Assembly (NCBI RefSeq): GCF_004010195.1 | Contig: NC_057750.1 | Coordinates: 10,477,478 to 10,533,422, forward strand | DNA: 55,945 bases | DNA from: Chiloscyllium plagiosum | Taxonomy: Eukaryota | Reading direction: 5' to 3' | In this document: positions 11,610 through 23,225 of the stretch, one piece after another | How positions within the stretch are numbered: the first letter of the stretch is position 1 | Layout of the letters: each line of letters starts with the position of its first letter | Made by a program: the position numbers and the translations under genes | Notes under the pieces: generated by a model | What the model was told of the DNA's origin: nothing | Seen by the model: the letters and a program-made list of their open reading frames with translations, nothing else | Database searches by the model: none

Positions 11610-11927
11610 CATCTCCAACCCCATAACTCTGAGATATACAGGCCCTTCCTGTATACCATTCAAACATTCCTTATTTTAATTGCTTCATCATCAGTGGCCA
11701 TGCTTTCAGCTGCCAAAGCCCTACAGTGTTAAATTTCCATCCTGTACACCTTTAACTCTCTCTCCCGCCTCCTTTAAGATACTCTTCAACAGAGAGCAGA
11801 TGGTCATCTATATTAATATTCCAGAATAGATCTCAAAGTCGTTTTTTGCTTTACCAATGTGCCTGTAAACTATTTTAGAATGTTTTATTACGATAGACGT
11901 GTTACATAAATACAAGTTGTTGTTGTT
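11610..11927 (+). mobile_element. Degenerate L2-type LINE 3' end
   Basis: GGCCATGCTTTCAGCTGCCAAAGCCCT...CCTTTAAGATACTCTT...ATAAATACAAGTTGTTGTTG tail. Similar pieces at ~29930-30130, ~30860-31180 and ~32300-32600(-). Confidence 0.6.
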
Positions 11928-11954
11928 CAAAAGATTGTATCGAAATCAATCACA

Positions 11955-11990
11955 GCAGCCCCATCTGCTGGCAGACAAAGAGAACTGCAC
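11955..11990 (-). promoter_or_regulatory. Candidate CTCF site with upstream module
   Basis: Minus strand GTGCAGTTCT-CTTTGT-CTGCCAGCAGATGGGGCTGC: core CCAGCAGATGG plus an upstream TGCAG module at the expected spacing. Confidence 0.6.
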
Positions 11991-12393
11991 AAGCTCATCA
12001 ATAGAAGTTAATCTGGAAAAGCCATAGACATTTACAGACACAATAAGATAGACAATCTTTCAACTTAAACTGCGAATGAAAATATCATGGGGTTGAATTA
12101 TATTTTCTTTGGTGAAGTCTGAGTGCCTTGAGTGTTTTTGAGATTTTTCACTGCGAGTATAACAGGTATATTATCAGACCCACCTCAGTAACTACTTACC
12201 TGTCTCTATAACATTCCTTTCATCTGTTTCCAGCCCCATTTTACTATGTACCTTTCCCTGGAACAACTCACCACTGCTATGGTTTCCTGGCATTAACTGG
12301 CGGCCCTTTCCGTCTGAAAAAGGCTGCGGTGCAGCCCGGACAAGCACTGTCAGTCTGGAGCTGCCCTGCATGGTTCCTGATATTTGCCCAGAC

Positions 12394-12561
12394 GTGGCAG
12401 ATTGGAGAGGATAGGTGTCTTGCTTTGTGGGCAGGGACCTGAAGGTCCTGCTGGATGGCGTGGCTGGAGATGTCCTCTTCCCCCAAGGCCAGCAGTGGCG
12501 GCCATGACACCAGACCGTGCCAGCCTGGTCTGAGGTTCCCACTCGGGTTAAAGCAGTCTAG
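12394..12561 (+). pseudogene. Decayed Myb/SANT-like DNA-binding ORF of a PIF/Harbinger transposon
   Basis: Frame from 12421 reads CFVGRDLKVLLDGVAGDVLFPQGQQWRP*HQTVPAWSEVPTRVKAV*, resembling the Harbinger Myb-like N-terminus; in-frame stops. Confidence 0.6.
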
Positions 12562-12715
12562 TGGAAAGTCCAGCAATGGAGTGTCCTTCCCTACTCTGCC
12601 AGCATCTTCTGCCCGATACCTCACATTCACTCCTGGCATTTCTTCCTCCCACCAAGGCTCATGCTCTACCACTCGTACCATTTTATTTATTTCTTTTTTT
12701 AAAACGGTTTTTTAA

Positions 12716-13912
12716 TGGCACAGTGGCTCAGTGGTTTAGCATCACAGCGCCAGGGACCTGGGCTCGATTCCACCCTCGGGCGACTGTCCGTGTGGAGTTT
12801 GCACATTCTCCCCGTGTCTGCGTGTGTTTCCTCCGGGTGCTCTGGTTTCCTCCCACAATCCAAAGATGTGTAGGTTAGGGTGGATTAGCCTTGCTAAATT
12901 GTCCTACAGTGCCCAGGGATGTGCAGGTTAGGGTGGATTGGCCATGCTTAATTACTCCATAGTGCCCAGGGATGTGAAGGTTAGGGTGGATTGGCCATGC
13001 TAAAGTACCCCATAGTGTCCAGGGATGTGCAGGTTAGGGTGGATTGGCTGTTATAAATTAACTCATAGTGTTCAGGGATGTATAGGTTAGGGTGGATTGG
13101 CCTTGCTAAATTACCCACAGTGTTCAGGGATGTGTAGGTTAGGGAGGATTGGCAGTGCTAAATTACACTACAGTGTTCAGGGATGTGCGGTTTAGGGTGG
13201 ATTGGCCAGGCTAAATTACCCCACAGTGTTCAGGGATGTGCGGGTTAGGGTGGATTGGCCATGCTAAATTACCCCACAGTGTTCAGGAATATGTGGGTTA
13301 GGGTGGATTGGCCATGCTAAATTACCCCACAGTGTTCAGGGATGTGTAGGTTTGGGTGGATTGGCTATGCTAAATTACCCCATAATGCCAAGGGATGTGC
13401 AGGTTAGGCTGGATTGGCCTTGCTAAATTACCCCATAGTCTTCAGGGATGTGCAGGTTAGGGTGGATTGGCCATGCTAAATTACCCTATAGTGTTCAGGG
13501 ATGTGTGGGTTAGGGTGAATTGGCCATGCTACATTACCCCATAGTGTTTAGTGATGTGCAGGTTAGGGTGGATTGGCCATGCTAAATTGCCTCATAGTGT
13601 TCAGGGATGTGCGGGTTAGGGTGGATTTGCCATGCAAAATTACCCCATAGCGTTTAGGGATGTGCAGGATAGTGTGGATTGGCCATGCTAAATTACCCCA
13701 TCGTGTTTAGGGATGTGTAGTTTAGGGTGGATTGGCCACGCTATATTACCCTATAGTGTTCAGGGATGTGTACGTCAGGTGTCGTAGTCATAGGAAATAC
13801 AGGGTTGTATGGTTAGTGGGATGGGTCTGGGTGGGATGCTCTTTGGAGAGTTGGTGTGGACACATTGAGCTGAAAGGCCTTTTCCACACTATGGGGATTC
13901 TATGATTCTATG
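12716..13912 (+). mobile_element. HE1 SINE with internal tandem expansion
   Basis: HE1 head 12716-12862, array, then normal HE1 tail 13780-13912. Confidence 0.92.
12864..13775 (+). repeat. 53-bp tandem array, ~17 copies, derived from the HE1 body
   Basis: Unit GGATGTGCAGGTTAGGGTGGATTGGCCATGCTAAATTACCCCATAGTGTTCAG recurs with period 52-54. Confidence 0.95.
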
Positions 13913-13924
13913 AACTACCCTGCG

Positions 13925-14300
13925 GGAGTATTTCTGTAACCCACCGATTCCTACCACACTGTTAGACCCAGAAGTGTGAGCATCTCCCAGTCCCACTGAT
14001 TCCTGTCACACTGTTAAACCCAGAGAGAGTGTCTGTGTCCCAGTGAACCACCTTCAATTGTATAACTCAGATGGTGAGTATCTGTGCATCCCACTGAACT
14101 GCTTCACTCTATATATCCCAGAGAATGAGACTCTCAGTCTCACTGGAACCATTAAATCTGTATATCCCAGAGATAGAGCCTCCCAGTGATACCCTTTTCC
14201 CGGAGAATGGGCTGCTTCTGTGTCCCACGGAACTCCCTTACACTGTATGACCCAGAGATTGAGTGTCTGTGTGTGACCCACTGGACTCCTTAACCACTCT
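13925..14300. repeat. Degenerate ~50-55-bp minisatellite
   Basis: Recurring CACACTGTTA(A/G)ACCCAGA and CCCAGAGA..GAGTGTCTGTGT motifs. Confidence 0.55.
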
Positions 14301-14546
14301 TGCTGTCACATCTTCACTCACTTGCTGTCACCCACCCCAGCCCCTGACACCAGTAATCCTGCATGCCCTCAGCGCTGCCTACTCACTCGCTCTGTACGCC
14401 CCCCAACTAACATCAAAAGTATCAACTGTGCCACCCACTTTCATCTCCTTTACTATCTGCATCAGGGCAGAACAAGTGGAGATGGCCAGTGGGCTACCTG
14501 AGATTTGGCTCCTCACCCCTTTTGTGTACAGCATCCTGACTCTGAT

Positions 14547-17377
14547 TTATTTTAATTACAAAAACATACTAAACTCATACAAACCTTTATATATATACAC
14601 ATAGGCACAAAAACAGTTCAGTTCTTAGCATATTGAGAACAAACAAACATTGGAGTTTGAATCTCCCAACAGTTCCAACAAACCCAAAGGCATTTTTTCA
14701 CTCATGCAAGATATTATTTACATATATTTGAGGCACTGGGAGGGTCCAATAACTGAACAAATCCCCATTTAACTACAGCAGAAAGACCGTCAGGCAGTAG
14801 TCTTTCCCCACTGCGCCTTGGCAGCAGCTGCCCCAAACTCTAGTGTGTCCCTCATAGAACATAGAATATTACAGTGCAGTACAGGCCCTTCGGCCCTCGA
14901 TGTTGCACCTGTCATACTAATCTGAAGCCCATCCCACCTACACTATTCCATGTACGCCCATATGCTTGTCCAATGATGACTTAAATGCACTTAAATATTG
15001 TCCTGGACCTTGGAATGTGCCAATCTGCAATACCTGGTTGAGGTCAACTCCTTGCCCTGGAAGACCAACAAGTTTCGGGGAGACCAAAGAGCATCATTAC
15101 CACAGTGTTGACGGTCCTCCAGACACAATCAATGTTTGTGTTAGTGTGCATCCTGAGGAACAGTCCATAGAGCAGAGTCCTGCATCATGGAGCTGCTTGG
15201 GACAAACCCCAACAAAAACCACTGCATATCTCTCCAGACTTCCTTTGTAAAGCAACATTCCAGCAGGAGATGTATGACAGCCTCACCCACCTCAAGCCCT
15301 CCAGTGCCGAAACCTCAGCATGCAGTAGCAGGGTACATGAAGCCTTTGACAGGTCATGACTTTCTCCCCACCAGTCATGCTATGTCTTGGTGCTTGTTGG
15401 AAACTTGTGATGGTGAGGCATTCTGCCAAATTACTTTGACAGTCTGCTCAGGGAACCACGTGACAGGATTTCCCCTTTCCTTTGCCCGCAGGGTCTTGAC
15501 AATGCTAGGTGCTGACCACTTCCTGATGGACTGTGGTCAAATGTGCTTTGCTCTGCAAATTTCTCCATGAGGGTCCAACTACTTGGAGTGTTCTGTGGCA
15601 ACGTAGCCAGTCCCATCCTTCGCTATGCACAACTCGATGCAGCCACACACAAAGGTTATCATCAGGTTGAGGGTGGCGTTGGCTACGTTCTTCCCCTCCT
15701 TATTAGAATGTTGGAGTCCCTGCAGATACTGGTCCATCTTGCATTTCTAGATGAAGTGGAGGATGGCTCAGGTGACTGCAATGGCGCAGGCTCTGGGCAT
15801 GGGGCAGACCTGTGCCATATACAACAGCAGAAAGAGTACCTCACACCTCATGGCCAAGTTTTTACACTCAATGGAGAGGGAGCAGTGTTCACAAAAGCCC
15901 AGTTTCTGCCTTACCTTGGTAATATGCTCCTCCCAAGGTTTGCACATGCCTCAGTCCCTCCAAACCATATTCCTAGTGCTTTGAGTAATCTGTCCTGATG
16001 GTGAAGGGTATAAAGGATCGGTCGACCCAATTCCCAAAGACCATGGCCTCGCTCTTGCTTCGAGTTACTGTGGCTCCCATGGCCAGTTCAAACTGGTCAC
16101 AGATACTCATGGGTCTGTGCACTGACAGCGGATCTGAGCAGCAAATGGCAACGTCATCTATATACAGGAAGGCTTTGACCTGCAGGTCTCCATGCTTGGA
16201 ACAGTCACCCATCTCAGGCTCGGATCCTTCCTGATGGACTTGTCAAAAGACTCTATACAGGATGTAAACAAGGCAGGAGAGATTGGGCATCCCTGCCTGA
16301 CTCCAGATCTGATCGGGAATCTGATTCCCACACATTGATTGAGACTGCACTACTGATGTGACAATAGATAATAGGTGCAGGAGTAGGCCATTCAGCCCTT
16401 CGAGCCAGCACCACCATTCATTATGATCATGGCTGATCATCCACAATCAGTATCCTGTTCCGCCCTTATCACCATAAGCCTTCATTCCACTACCTTTAAG
16501 AGCTCTAAAAAACTCTTTCTTGAAAATATCCAGAGACTTGGCCTCCACAGCCTTCTGGGGCAGACCATTCCATACACCCAACACTCTCTGGGTGAAGAAG
16601 TTTGTCCTCAACTCTGTTCTAAATGGCCTACCACTTATTTTTAAACTGTGTCCTTTAGTTCTGGACTCACCCATCAGCGGAAACATGCTTCCTGCCTCCA
16701 GAGTGTCCAATCTTTTAATAATCTTATACGTCTCAATCAGGTCCTCTCTCATCCTTCTAAACTCAAGTGTATACAAGCCCAGTCGCTCCAATCTTTCAAC
16801 ATGTGATAGTCCATCCGTTCCGGGAATTGACCTTGTGAACCTACACTGCATTCCCTCAATAGCCAGAATGTCCTTCCTCAAATTAGGAGACCAAAACTGC
16901 ACACAATGTTGGTATAGAGCAGCCAGATCCAGTTGCGGATTCCCTCCCCAGAGTCCCTCATCTATGTGTGTGACATTCTCCTGGTCCAGGCCGATGAGGC
17001 AGGCTTCTACCACCCCTGTCCTGCACATAGGCGATTGTATCCATGAGGAGCGTGAGGCTCTCAGTGATCGTCCTGCCCGGTTTGATCAGTTAAATCACCA
17101 ATACCAGAGCAGACCTGACCCAGCTGGCGATGACCTTAGACAGGATTTTGTTGTGTGCATTCAGCAGTGAAATTGGTTGCCAATTTCTGATTTTCTCCCT
17201 CTCCCATTTCTGCATGTAGAGGTGGGTGATGATACCTTTCCTAATGGATTTGCACATGCTACCTGCCAGAAGCATACTGGGGTACACCTCTAGCAGGTCC
17301 TGTCTAATCAAGTCCCACAGGACTGAATACATCCTGACTCTGCCCCAAGTGGCTGATTGACCGTGTCCAAGCCCCAA
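14547..17377 (-). mobile_element. Tx1/L1-clade LINE, 5'-truncated and degenerate (RT domain and C-terminus)
   Basis: ORF pieces IRKGIITHLY...NWQPISLLNAHNKILSKVIA (17090-17377) and VKAFLYIDDVAICCSD...SKSEAMVFGNW (15973-16212). Interrupted by CR1 copies at ~14853-14995 and 16361-16905. Confidence 0.88.
16361..16905 (-). mobile_element. Young CR1 LINE 3' fragment inserted in the Tx1 RT
   Basis: CVQFWSPNLRKDILAIEGMQCRFTRSIPG...NFFTQRVLGVWNGLPQKAVEAKSL, followed by a CR1 3' UTR. Confidence 0.92.
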
Positions 17378-17883
17378 GACTGGTATTGACTTGCCACGCT
17401 GGAAACCCCTAAGTGAAGGATACTACTCTTGACCTGACTGAGGCCTCCCGACAACCATAATCAGCTTCCTGACTATGTGCCTGAGATAAATAGCACAGCA
17501 AGGCTGAACTAAAATGAGTCTATTAGCTCTGGCTGAGGGGATAAAGCACACATAGGCAAGGTGAAACGGATGCTGTGGATGTTCAGGTAGGCTCAGAGTG
17601 AACGGGCATTATGACTGTGAGTGAAGAGTCCGGAGGTCCAGCCTGGTCCAGCCCATGAGCTACTGTGTCTCATTGAGTGCACAGTGTCCTTGCTGCAACA
17701 TTAGAATGAGTGTTGCTGGTGTAGCCCAAGGCGCTTTACCGAAATGCACAAGTGTCCTGCGAGTGGATTTGAGATGAGCCATTGTGTTCTTAGAGGGAGG
17801 CACATACTGGTACTGATGCTGGTTGATGAGAGGTTCTGATCTAAGTTTTTTCCAAGCTCTCTGTATTCCCTCTTTTTACATAT

Positions 17884-18552
17884 CACAGAATCCCTACAGC
17901 GTGGAATCAGGCCAATTTGCCCTGGGGTGAGGGAGTCCAGAACTAGAGGGCATAGGTTCTGGGTGAGAGGGGAAACATATAAAAGAGACCTGAGGGGCAA
18001 CCTTTTCATGCAGAGGGTGGTACGTGTATGGAATGAGCTGCCAGAGGAAGTGGTGGAGGCTAGTATGATTGCAACATTTAAAAAGCATCTGGATGGGTAT
18101 ATGAATAGGAAGGGTTTAGAGGGATATGGACAGGTGGAACTAGAATGGGTTGGGATATCTGGTTGACATGGACGAATTGGACTGAAGGGTCTGTTTCCAT
18201 GCTGTATATCTCTTTGACTCTAAGTCCACACTAACCCTCCAAAAAGCAACCCACCCAAACCCACCCCTTCCTTCTATCCTGTCCCCACAACCCTGCATTT
18301 CCCATGGCTAACCCATCCAGCCTGCACATCTGAGGACGATATGGGCAATTTAGCATTGGCAATCTGCCTTAACCAGCACATCTTTGGACTGTGGGCAGAA
18401 ACTGTAGCACGTGGAGGAAACTGGAGCACCTGGAGGAAATCTATGCAGGCACAGGGAGAATGTGCAAACTCCACACAGACATTTGCCAAAGACTGGAATC
18501 AAACCCGGGTCCCTGGTTCAGTGGGGCAGCAGTGCTAGCCATTGTGCCACCC
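17884..18552 (-). mobile_element. HE1 SINE interrupted by a plus-strand CR1 3' fragment (~17918-18223)
   Basis: HE1 tail at 17884-17915, body at 18224-18552. The insert encodes ESRTRGHRFWVRGE...QRVVRVWNELPEEVVEA. Confidence 0.88.
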
Positions 18553-19376
18553 TTTACTGCTGGTACTGTGAACTCTAGCTGTTCTCCCTCCTCATATAGT
18601 CACCCAGTAATGTACTTGACCTAGCACCAGAGGCAACACATCATCCTGGTGTCATGCCTACAGTGATAGAAACATCTACTTGTTTCCCTTGTTACCTTCA
18701 TGTTCTCCAGGACAATTAAGGATGGGCGATAAATGATGGCCCAGCCAGAACTGTCAAGATCCTGTGAATTAATAAGAAGAAAACACATTCCTGTATTGCA
18801 GTAAGACCTGGACTGTGTTTCAGTAAGACACATGGAAACTACATCTCGAAAAAAGTAAGCTCTCCTCTGCTTCAGTCAGGTTTGAGACAAAGGATTGAGA
18901 CCAAATGGCTTGCCAATGCCAAGTTGCTTCTTGTCAGCAGGAATCTGAGAATGGAAATAATCTAATAAGGGGAACAAAAAGCTCATATTGATTGTTAAAA
19001 GATAGAACACTCCTTTAGCTTTGCATTAACTTACTTCAGGACACCCTTGGGTTTCCACATATCAGTTTCATAAGCAGTATATTGAGAAATATGCCTTTTG
19101 GGGCATGAGATGTAATAATCCCAAGGGGTAGTTCCAAGTTCATTTATAACTCACTCAACAGAATATGGCAATTCCTCTTGGCATAACAAATTCAATGCAA
19201 TCAACTCAACTCAACTCAACCAATAGAAATTGCTCCAACGCAAATCAGGCACTGCAATTAAACCATTGGAGCTCAAAATTAACTCAAACCATCCAACACA
19301 ATCCATCATGAAATCAACACAACTCACACAACACCACTGAATCAACACAGCAGATGCAGTGTACAACTCACTCAAT

Positions 19377-19568
19377 GGAGAAAGTGAGGACTGCAGATGC
19401 TGGAGATCAGAGCTGAAAATATGTTGCTGGAAAAGCGCAGCAGGTCAGGCAGCATCCAAGAAGCAGGAGATAGGGCTCACGAAGAAGGGCTCATGCCCAA
19501 AACGTCGATTCTCCTGCTCCTTGGAAGCTGCCTGATCTGCTGCGCTTTTCCAGCAAAACATTTTCAGC
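19377..19568. mobile_element. PLE family A inverted pLTR pair
   Basis: 14-bp TSD ACAACTCACT(C/T)AAT at 19363-19376 and 19569-19582. Confidence 0.88.
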
Positions 19569-19815
19569 ACAACTCACTTAATACCAACAGCTTGCTTCCT
19601 TTGAGTGTCATAAAGCAATACCTGACAATGAGCTACATAAAGTGATATTGAAGCAAATGGCCAAAAAGCTTTTGTCAACACATTTTAGATTTTAAGGAAA
19701 GTCATAATGGAGGGATGGAATTCCAAGGTTTCCTGCCTTGAAAGCACCAAAACTATCCTCTAGTGAAATGCTGGAAAATGGGACTAGGTCAGATTGGGAT
19801 GTCTGGTCGGCATGG

Positions 19816-20357
19816 TGTGGTGTAAAATTATGTCCCAATACATGTGTGAATCATAATGTAACACATGTATTGGGCCAAGCAGTGGAATGTGGTGAAACGG
19901 TTAAAAATTATGTCCCAATACATGTGTGAATCTAACCGGAATGGAGGTGTTGCTTAGTCCCGTGTGAATCTTATTACACACCTCCCCGTGTGAATCTTCT
20001 TATCTGTATGTAACCAGAATGGAATGTGTTTTTTAGCCTTGCTCTGCTGTTCACATGAATGTTTATATCTGGAAAAGAGTATATCAGCTGGAAAAGTCTC
20101 CAGTTCGGTAGAGTCTGCTCCGGGGTTACGTTTAACCGCCGAGCGTGGGTTGTTGGCAACTGCTCTACGAGAACTGACGGCTCCCAGTTCCGGTAACATG
20201 TAGAGTGAGTATAAGCCAGACCCGTTGTATGAGACCTGGTTGTGGCGACGCTGCGGGGAATAAAATGCCCATATTCTAGCAGACTCGCCTCTTGGTTGTT
20301 TGTTCTGTGTCAGACTACTCTCCTACGAACCTGACCTTGAGAATTTTTTTTAAAACA
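19816..20357 (+). mobile_element. Solo LTR (542 bp) with 5-bp TSD
   Basis: TGT...ACA termini; TSD CATGG at 19811-19815 and 20358-20362 splits a CR1 tail; TATAA at ~20210, AATAAA at ~20259; internal 29-bp duplication AAAATTATGTCCCAATACATGTGTGAATC. Confidence 0.9.
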
Positions 20358-20667
20358 CATGGGCAAGTTGAACCAAAGGGTCTGCTTCTGTACTGTATAA
20401 CTCTTGGACTCTATATGCTCTAGAAGGGGTGCCTGAGACCAAATAGGTGATCAACAGAATGGATGATGATTCTATGTTCATTAAGGGATAATTTTATGAG
20501 AGGAACTCTCATGGTGCAGTGGTTGAATCCCTACTTCTGGATCAGGAGGTCTAGGTTCAAGTCCCATCTGCTCTAGAAATGTGTTGTAACATCTCTGAAC
20601 AGATTAGAAAATATCTATGAGGAACAAGTAATTAAAGGCATTGGGATTTTGCAATGCAGCTGGAATC

Positions 20668-21000
20668 ACAGAGCATACAATCCCTCCAGTGTGACAGGAG
20701 GCTACTTGGCCTCTTGAGTCCACACTGACCCTCTGAAGAGCCCCCAATCCTATCCATGGAACCCTGTATTTCCCATGGGCAACCCACCTAGCCTGCACAT
20801 CCCTGGAAACTATGGGCAACTTAGCGTGGCAAATCCACGTAACCTGCACATCTTTGGATTGTGGGAGGGAACCAGAGCACCCTGAGGAAACCCACACATC
20901 CATGGGGAGAATATGCAAACTCTACACAGATAGTTGCCCCAGGTTGGAATCAAACCTGAGTCCCTGGCACTGTGAGGGAACAGTGCTAACCACTGATCCA
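20668..21000 (-). mobile_element. HE1 SINE
   Basis: Reverse complement of HE1 head, V-domain and tail. Confidence 0.9.
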
Positions 21001-21304
21001 CACTTAATGAAACTCTTTCAGTAAAATATATGCCTAGACCATGTCTAACCAACATTTACCTCTGGTTCTTAGCCAACAATGGGGAGTGATTAAAATCAAG
21101 GATTTTCAAGGGGCAAATGTCTTGTAAGATGGTTAGGGTGGAAGAGATTTTAGAGATGGTGGGTTGTGGATCATGGAGAGATTTGTAAACAAACAGGGGA
21201 TTTTAAATTGAGGTGTTGCTTGACTAGCTACATATTTAGATCAGTAGCACAGTGATGATGGTTGAACATGACTCGGCACAAGTCAGGGCATGGGCAGCGG
21301 ACTT

Positions 21305-22050
21305 TTACAACTCACGTAACATGACTAAATCAATCAAACTCACCCAAAATAATTCATCCAGCAGAACACTACCCAACAATTTAATACTGAAAAATGCACT
21401 TAATGCAGCTCGTTCAATATAATTCAATGGAACTTATCAAGTGCACACATCCAACATAACAGTGCATATTAATGAGAATTCCTAATTTAATGCATCCAGA
21501 GTGACTCTTCCAATATGACCTGACTAATATGACTTACGTAACATATTTCACGCAATACAACTCATACTATATAATGTATGTGAAATGAATTACCTGCAAT
21601 AATTCAATCAACACAGCTTAATTAGCAGAATTCTGCCCGAAGACTCATGCTGTAAACGAATCCCAACACGATTAAATAAATTAATTAACTAACATTGCAA
21701 AATTATGTAAAGCGTCTCATCTAACACAACTTAGCCAGCGCATCTCACAAGTACATTTAATCAAACAAAAAAAATCACTTTGCTCAAAACAACTTGCCCA
21801 ACAGAAGTCACTCAATGCAACTTATGCAATTGAATTAATTCTCAACAAGTTGCCCAAATTCAATTCCTTAGTCACCGAAGTTCTCAAAGAAACTCATCCA
21901 ATATGATGCAATGTAACTTGACTACACTTTTCACACGCAGAACATCCAAGAAACGTCCTACAATGCAACTACTTGAATGTCAACAATCCAACTTTAAACT
22001 CGCCAAGCACAACTCCCTCAAGAACATTTAAACAGTACAACTCATCTGTC
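21305..22050. repeat. Old degenerate A/C-rich minisatellite (CAACTCA / AATGCAACT motifs)
   Basis: Motif recurs about every 20 bp with strong A/C strand bias; the same motif occurs at ~19140-19590 and ~23275-23560. Confidence 0.6.
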
Positions 22051-22052
22051 TG

Positions 22053-22277
22053 GGAGAAAGTGAAGACTGCAGATGCTGGAGATCAGAACTGAAAATGTGT
22101 TGCTGGAAAAGCGCAGCAGGTCAGGCAGCATCCAAGGAGTAGGAGAATCGATGTTTCGGGCATGAGCCCTTCTTCAGCCCTTTCCTCATTCCTGAAGAAG
22201 GGCTCATGCCTGAAACGTCGATTCTCCTGCTCCTTGGATGCTGCCTGACCTGCTGCGCTTTTCCAGCAACACATTTC
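22053..22277. mobile_element. PLE family A inverted pLTR pair with hammerhead cores on both strands
   Basis: Perfect 15-bp TSD CAACTCATCTGTCTG at 22038-22052 and 22278-22292. Plus-strand CTGAAGAAGGGCTCATGCCTGAAACGTC from 22192, mirror copy at ~22150-22177. Confidence 0.9.
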
Positions 22278-22299
22278 CAACTCATCTGTCTGCCAACTT

Positions 22300-22632
22300 G
22301 GGGTGGCTCAGTGGTTAGGACTATTGCATCACAGCAACAGGGACCCGGGGTTTGATTCCAGTCTTGGGCGACTGTGGGTGTGGAGCAAGCACACCCTCTC
22401 TATGTCTGCGTAGGTTCCCTTTGGCTGCTCCAATTTCCTCCCACAGATTAGTTGGATTGACCATGCTAAATTGCCCACAGTGTCCAGGGCTGCACAGGTT
22501 AAGTGGATTAGCCATGGAAAATGCGGGGTTACAGGGGGAGAATAGAGGGGTGGGTCTGGATGGAATGCTCTTTGGAGGGTCGGGGTGGACTCGATGGGAT
22601 GAATGGATTGCTTCCACGATAGAGAAATTCTG
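22300..22632 (+). mobile_element. HE1 SINE (diverged)
   Basis: GGTGGCTCAGTGGTTAG head; CCATGCTAAATTGCCC; HE1 tail. Confidence 0.85.
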
Positions 22633-22939
22633 TTCCAACTATGCTTCCATTGGTATAACTTTTGTCTCCAAGTCAGAATATTCCAGTGCTGTGGAAGCAG
22701 AAGTTTGTATTTGGTTTGAAAATGTTAAACCGAAGCACCCTACATGATATAAAAGGACAGGAGAGCTCTCCCTAATGTTCTGTCACTATCCCTCAATGAA
22801 CTTCACAAAAACAGATAATCTGGTCATGTATTAATCACATTGCTGTTTGTGGGAGCTTGCTGCTCTCACATTGGCTGCAGCATCTTGTATAATACCATAC
22901 TTATTTTAAAAAATGCATAATTGATTTTAAATCATTTAG

Positions 22940-23225
22940 AGTAGATTACCTACAGTGTGGAAACAGGCCCTTCAGCCCAAAAAGTTCACACTGACCCTCC
23001 AAAGAGCAACCCACCCAGACCCATTCCCCTCTGACTAATGCACCTAGTACTACAGGCAATTTAGCTTGGCCAATTGACCTAACCTGCACATCTTTGGACT
23101 GTGGGAGGAAACCCACACAGACACAGGGAGAATGTGCAAATTCCACACAGACAGTTGCCTAAGGCAAGAATTGAACCCAGGTTCCTGGCGCTGTGAGGTA
23201 GCGGTGCTAGCCACCGTGCTGCCCA
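22940..23225 (-). mobile_element. HE1 SINE inserted in a Deu-SINE
   Basis: Reverse complement of HE1; Deu-SINE sequence on both sides. Confidence 0.88.

Noticed and set aside
12192..12681. Minus-strand ORFs ending at a strong donor (AG|GTAAGT near 12200)
   Set aside because: They are antisense to the Harbinger Myb remnant, with no convincing acceptor or partner exons. Exonisation cannot be excluded.
12864..13775. Regular repeat array resembling a CRISPR locus or telomere
   Set aside because: There are no unique spacers and no cas genes, and the DNA is eukaryotic. TTAGGG occurs once per unit rather than in tandem, and the unit is plainly HE1-derived.
17600..17760. Weak resemblance to the Harbinger transposase C-terminus (AHELLCLIECTVSLL)
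   Set aside because: The similarity is too faint to call without a profile search.
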